Shown here piece after piece: positions 62,972 to 64,000 of a stretch of DNA of 64,000 bases. The translations under genes were made by a program, and so were the position numbers. The stretch is from an uncultured Bacillota bacterium (GTDB taxonomy: Bacteria; Bacillota; Clostridia; Peptostreptococcales; Anaerovoracaceae). Position 1 is the first letter of the stretch, and every line of letters starts with the position of its first letter. The stretch spans positions 1,313-65,312 of the forward strand of contig CASFMJ010000110.1 of NCBI GenBank assembly GCA_949295785.1, written 5' to 3'. Below the pieces are notes generated by a model, which did no database searches, had not been told where the DNA came from, and worked only from the letters and a program-made list of their open reading frames with translations.

Positions 62972-64000
62972 ATGAGTTATGAAGATATAAAAAAAGCTGA
63001 AAGGGCTTGGGCTGATCAGGTGGTAAATGATCTGAACACCAGTACTGATAAGTATGTTGTTTATAAAGAGAGCCGGCCCATAACCGATATCAAGAATATG
63101 ATAGAAACCAGTGCCGAGCTTTATGCGGATAATGTGGCTTTTATGCAGAAGTTTGCAAAAGATGAACCGTACACCAGCATAACATACAGGGAGGCGCTGG
63201 AAACTGTGAACGCTCTTGGTACAGCGCTTATTTCAAAAGGACTTAAAGACAGGAGAATAGCGGTAATAGGGGAAAACTGCTATCAGTGGGCAACTTCATA
63301 TCTTGCAGTAATATGCGGAACAGGCGTAGTGGTACCTCTTGACAAAGAGCTTGGTGTATCGGAGCTTAAGCAGCTGGTAATAGAAGCAAAAGTCTCGGCG
63401 GTGATGTTTACTGCAAAGTATGAAAAAATATTTAAAGAAATAAAAGCGTCAGGTGATACGCAGATAGAAATGCTTATCCGTCTTAATGGAGAAGGCGACG
63501 GTGTGCCAACATGGGACCAGCTTAAAGAAGAAGGAAAAAATCTTATGGCACAGGGAGACAGAAGTTTTATAGATGCCGAGATTATAAATGATGAGATGTG
63601 CGAACTGCTTTTCACTTCAGGAACCACCGGAATAGCAAAAGGTGTGATGCTTTCACATAAAAACATTGTGTTTGACCTCATGATAGCCCCCACTATATTA
63701 CGTGTACATCCTTGGGACATATTCTTTTCCGTACTGCCGATTCATCATACTTATGAAGGAACAGCAGGTTTTCTGATGCCCTTGTACAAAGGCGCTGCCA
63801 TTGCATATTGCGAAGGTCTCAAATATATAGTAAAGAATCTGTCTGAAGTAAGACCGACTATGTTTCTTGGTGTGCCGGCTCTTTTTGAGACACTTTACAA
63901 GTCTATAATGCGTAATGTCAGAAAGCAGGGAAAAGAAGCTCTTGTAAGAAAAGTTATGGCTGTAAACAAGGTTACTAAAAAAATTGGCATAGACATCAAC
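62972..64000 (+). CDS. AMP-dependent synthetase/long-chain acyl-CoA ligase (3' end beyond the window)
   Basis: The frame is open from the ATG at 62972 to the window end, 343 codons. It is absent from the ORF track because it has no stop. The AMP-binding motif is LLFTSGTTGIAKGVMLSH. The minus-strand ORF 63283-63720 is its shadow. Confidence 0.85.
   Translation, partial: MSYEDIKKAERAWADQVVNDLNTSTDKYVVYKESRPITDIKNMIETSAELYADNVAFMQKFAKDEPYTSITYREALETVNALGTALISKGLKDRRIAVIGENCYQWATSYLAVICGTGVVVPLDKELGVSELKQLVIEAKVSAVMFTAKYEKIFKEIKASGDTQIEMLIRLNGEGDGVPTWDQLKEEGKNLMAQGDRSFIDAEIINDEMCELLFTSGTTGIAKGVMLSHKNIVFDLMIAPTILRVHPWDIFFSVLPIHHTYEGTAGFLMPLYKGAAIAYCEGLKYIVKNLSEVRPTMFLGVPALFETLYKSIMRNVRKQGKEALVRKVMAVNKVTKKIGIDIN

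Noticed and set aside
63283-63720. 145-aa minus-strand ORF, the only track ORF near the right edge
   Set aside because: The + strand frame from 62972 is open to the window end and carries a clear AMP-binding signature (TSGTTGIAKG). The minus ORF is its shadow.
1-64000. Search for CRISPR arrays, IS/transposase or integrase genes, tRNA/rRNA genes, in-frame TGA selenocysteine candidates and obvious pseudogenes
   Set aside because: I found no regularly spaced direct repeats, no recombinase-like ORFs, and no tRNA-like cloverleaf candidates in the intergenic gaps. No recognised gene is interrupted by a stop or frameshift. All larger intergenic gaps are explained by leaders (T-box, SAM-I, preQ1-I), the DnaA-box cluster, or promoters and terminators.

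Overview
Chromosomal segment of a low-GC Gram-positive anaerobe, probably Clostridia. Supporting signs are spoIIID, a cwlD-like amidase, a SpoIIE-type phosphatase, T-box, SAM-I and preQ1-I leaders, and strong GGAGG ribosome-binding sites. I call about 57 protein genes, mostly on the + strand. I recognised no rRNA, tRNA, CRISPR array, transposase or integrase. (1) 1-11.9 kb is a sigma-54-controlled lysine-fermentation operon. It holds two tandem kdd paralogs, kamA, a P-loop protein plus a MutS-domain-V-like ATPase (putative aminomutase reactivase pair), kamD, kamE and CoA-transferase A/B. Its upstream activator carries an N-terminal domain that aligns by eye to Kdd itself. Kce and Kal are not in the window. 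(2) 11.9-22.6 kb is a second sigma-54 module. A PrpR_N-PAS-AAA+ activator with a non-Fis C-terminus is co-oriented with a LuxR-type regulator. Both lie divergent from a textbook -24/-12 promoter that drives a tightly packed six-gene operon: SDR, NhaC, NodB/PuuE-like hydrolase, Amidohydro_3 hydrolase, tartrate/D-malate-dehydrogenase-like enzyme, and an AAE exchanger. I cannot assign this operon to a described pathway, and it is my best candidate for an undescribed system. (3) The remainder is mainly housekeeping genes of the origin-proximal type: yabE-like, alaX, ktrBA, metK, deoC, aspartate kinase, metG, tatD, tilS, ftsH, dusB, hom and ltaE. Notable items in this part are a DnaA-box cluster, an ECF sigma/anti-sigma pair whose anti-sigma carries a tandemly duplicated ~135-aa domain, an orphan 426-aa protein, and a Trp (UGG) T-box in front of a stand-alone TrpB2. 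All functional calls rest on motif and family recognition by eye. No database search was run.
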